DNA from: Planctomycetaceae bacterium | Lineage (GTDB): Bacteria > Planctomycetota > UBA1135 > GCA-002686595 | DNA: 64,000 nucleotides | Assembly: GCA_016125265.1 (NCBI GenBank) | Contig: WGMC01000028.1 | Coordinates: 112,700-176,699 of the forward strand | Direction: 5' to 3' | Shown here: one piece after another, positions 63,600 through 64,000 of the stretch | Layout: the number at the start of each line of letters is the position of its first letter | Position numbering within the stretch: the first letter of the stretch is position 1 | Translations under genes and position numbers: made by a program | The notes under the pieces: model-generated | Told to the model about the DNA's origin: nothing | The model's database searches: none | What the model saw: the letters and a program-made list of their open reading frames with translations, nothing else

Positions 63600-64000
63600 G
63601 CCATGCCGTTGGCACGTTGCGTTGGCGACGTGCGTTGGTGCGGGCTTTCAGCCCTTGGTTCCGCTTCCCGCCGAACCTGGGGCGTTGCCCCAGGCTACGA
63701 TCGGTCGCGCCTTTGGCGCTCCAGAAGGCCCTGCGGTACGCGACGCGCCGTTGGTGATTCGGAGGACGCGCAACGCGCTCGGCGACTTGGGGCCGTCCGC
63801 AAGGGGCAACGCCCCGTTCGATCGTAGCCTGGGGCAACGCCCCAGGTTCGACGGAAGATCGATGCAAGGGCTGAAGGCCCGCGCCATCGCAACGCGCCAA
63901 CGGCATGGGCCGGGCCTTCAGCCCGGGCCGGTTCTGCTGCGATACCTGGGACGTTGCCCCAGGCTACTATCGGACGGGGCGTTGCCCCGTTCGGACAGCC
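63600..64000. repeat. Large imperfect palindrome (MITE-like hairpin element) with an additional downstream partial copy.
   Basis: The left arm gccatgccgttggcacgttgcgttggcgac...gggctttcagccc...ctggggcgttgccccaggctacgatcg is mirrored by cgatcgtagcctggggcaacgccccagg...gggctgaaggccc...gccatcgcaacgcgccaacggcatgggcc. A further gggacgttgccccaggctactatcgg-acggggcgttgccccgttcgg copy lies at 63940-64000. Confidence 0.75.

Overview
This window is a roughly 70% GC, gene-dense bacterial chromosomal segment. I call about 47 protein-coding genes. I found no rRNA, tRNA, CRISPR array, transposase or integrase.

Many adjacent genes have 1-4 nt start/stop overlaps (ATGA, GTGA, TGATG), which indicates translationally coupled operons. 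Gram-negative envelope signatures are frequent: lipobox lipoproteins, BamE-like and AsmA-like proteins, TlpA, and a DUF3570 outer-membrane barrel. The phylum is uncertain; a GC-rich Myxococcota- or Gemmatimonadota-like organism is plausible. Because of the GC content, almost every real gene is shadowed by long antisense or frame-shifted ORFs rich in Arg/Ala/Pro/Gly, and I rejected those.

Recognisable content, in order along the window:
- A possible SLATT-like 2TM protein at the left edge.
- A glutaminyl cyclase lipoprotein.
- A translationally coupled SPFH/band-7 pair, divergent from a lone class I HMG-CoA reductase.
- A second-copy EF-G, followed by a perfect 14-bp hairpin.
- A PQQ-like beta-propeller protein.
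- A structured 130-bp tandem repeat upstream of an unusually long Tex.
- PTS enzyme I without an adjacent HPr gene.
- A protein made of four Myb/SANT-like ~45-aa repeats, coupled to dgkA.
- A CotH-kinase/lamin-tail-domain protein.
- A secreted Cys-containing small protein, followed by two membrane proteins.
- A hipBA toxin-antitoxin module with an AT-richer promoter, followed by a SAM-methyltransferase and a DUF4143 ATPase.
- The conserved DUF4266-DUF3570-TlpA-ApbE operon.
- A VOC protein and an NfeD-flotillin operon.
- A secreted-hydrolase cluster: SGNH hydrolase, penicillin-acylase-like protein and S46 dipeptidyl peptidase, plus a second SGNH paralog 6 kb away.
- An orphan Sfp-type phosphopantetheinyl transferase.
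- Housekeeping genes: trmL, rlmD, tandem BamE-like lipoproteins, yqgE, an AsmA-like protein, cyaY and a REC-GGDEF-EAL protein.
- Three tandem lactonase-type beta-propeller lipoprotein paralogs carrying Ig-like domains.
- A TPR-zincin protein, uspA, a sulfatase, nth and a CoA-binding protein.

The most novel-looking signals are non-coding. A GC-rich hairpin/tandem-repeat element family recurs at three intergenic sites. A structured 130-bp tandem duplication sits upstream of tex. A large imperfect palindrome closes the window.

Internal start coordinates were derived by codon arithmetic from the ORF track and checked against the sequence text. One region near 54.2 kb showed a 1-nt discrepancy between the two.
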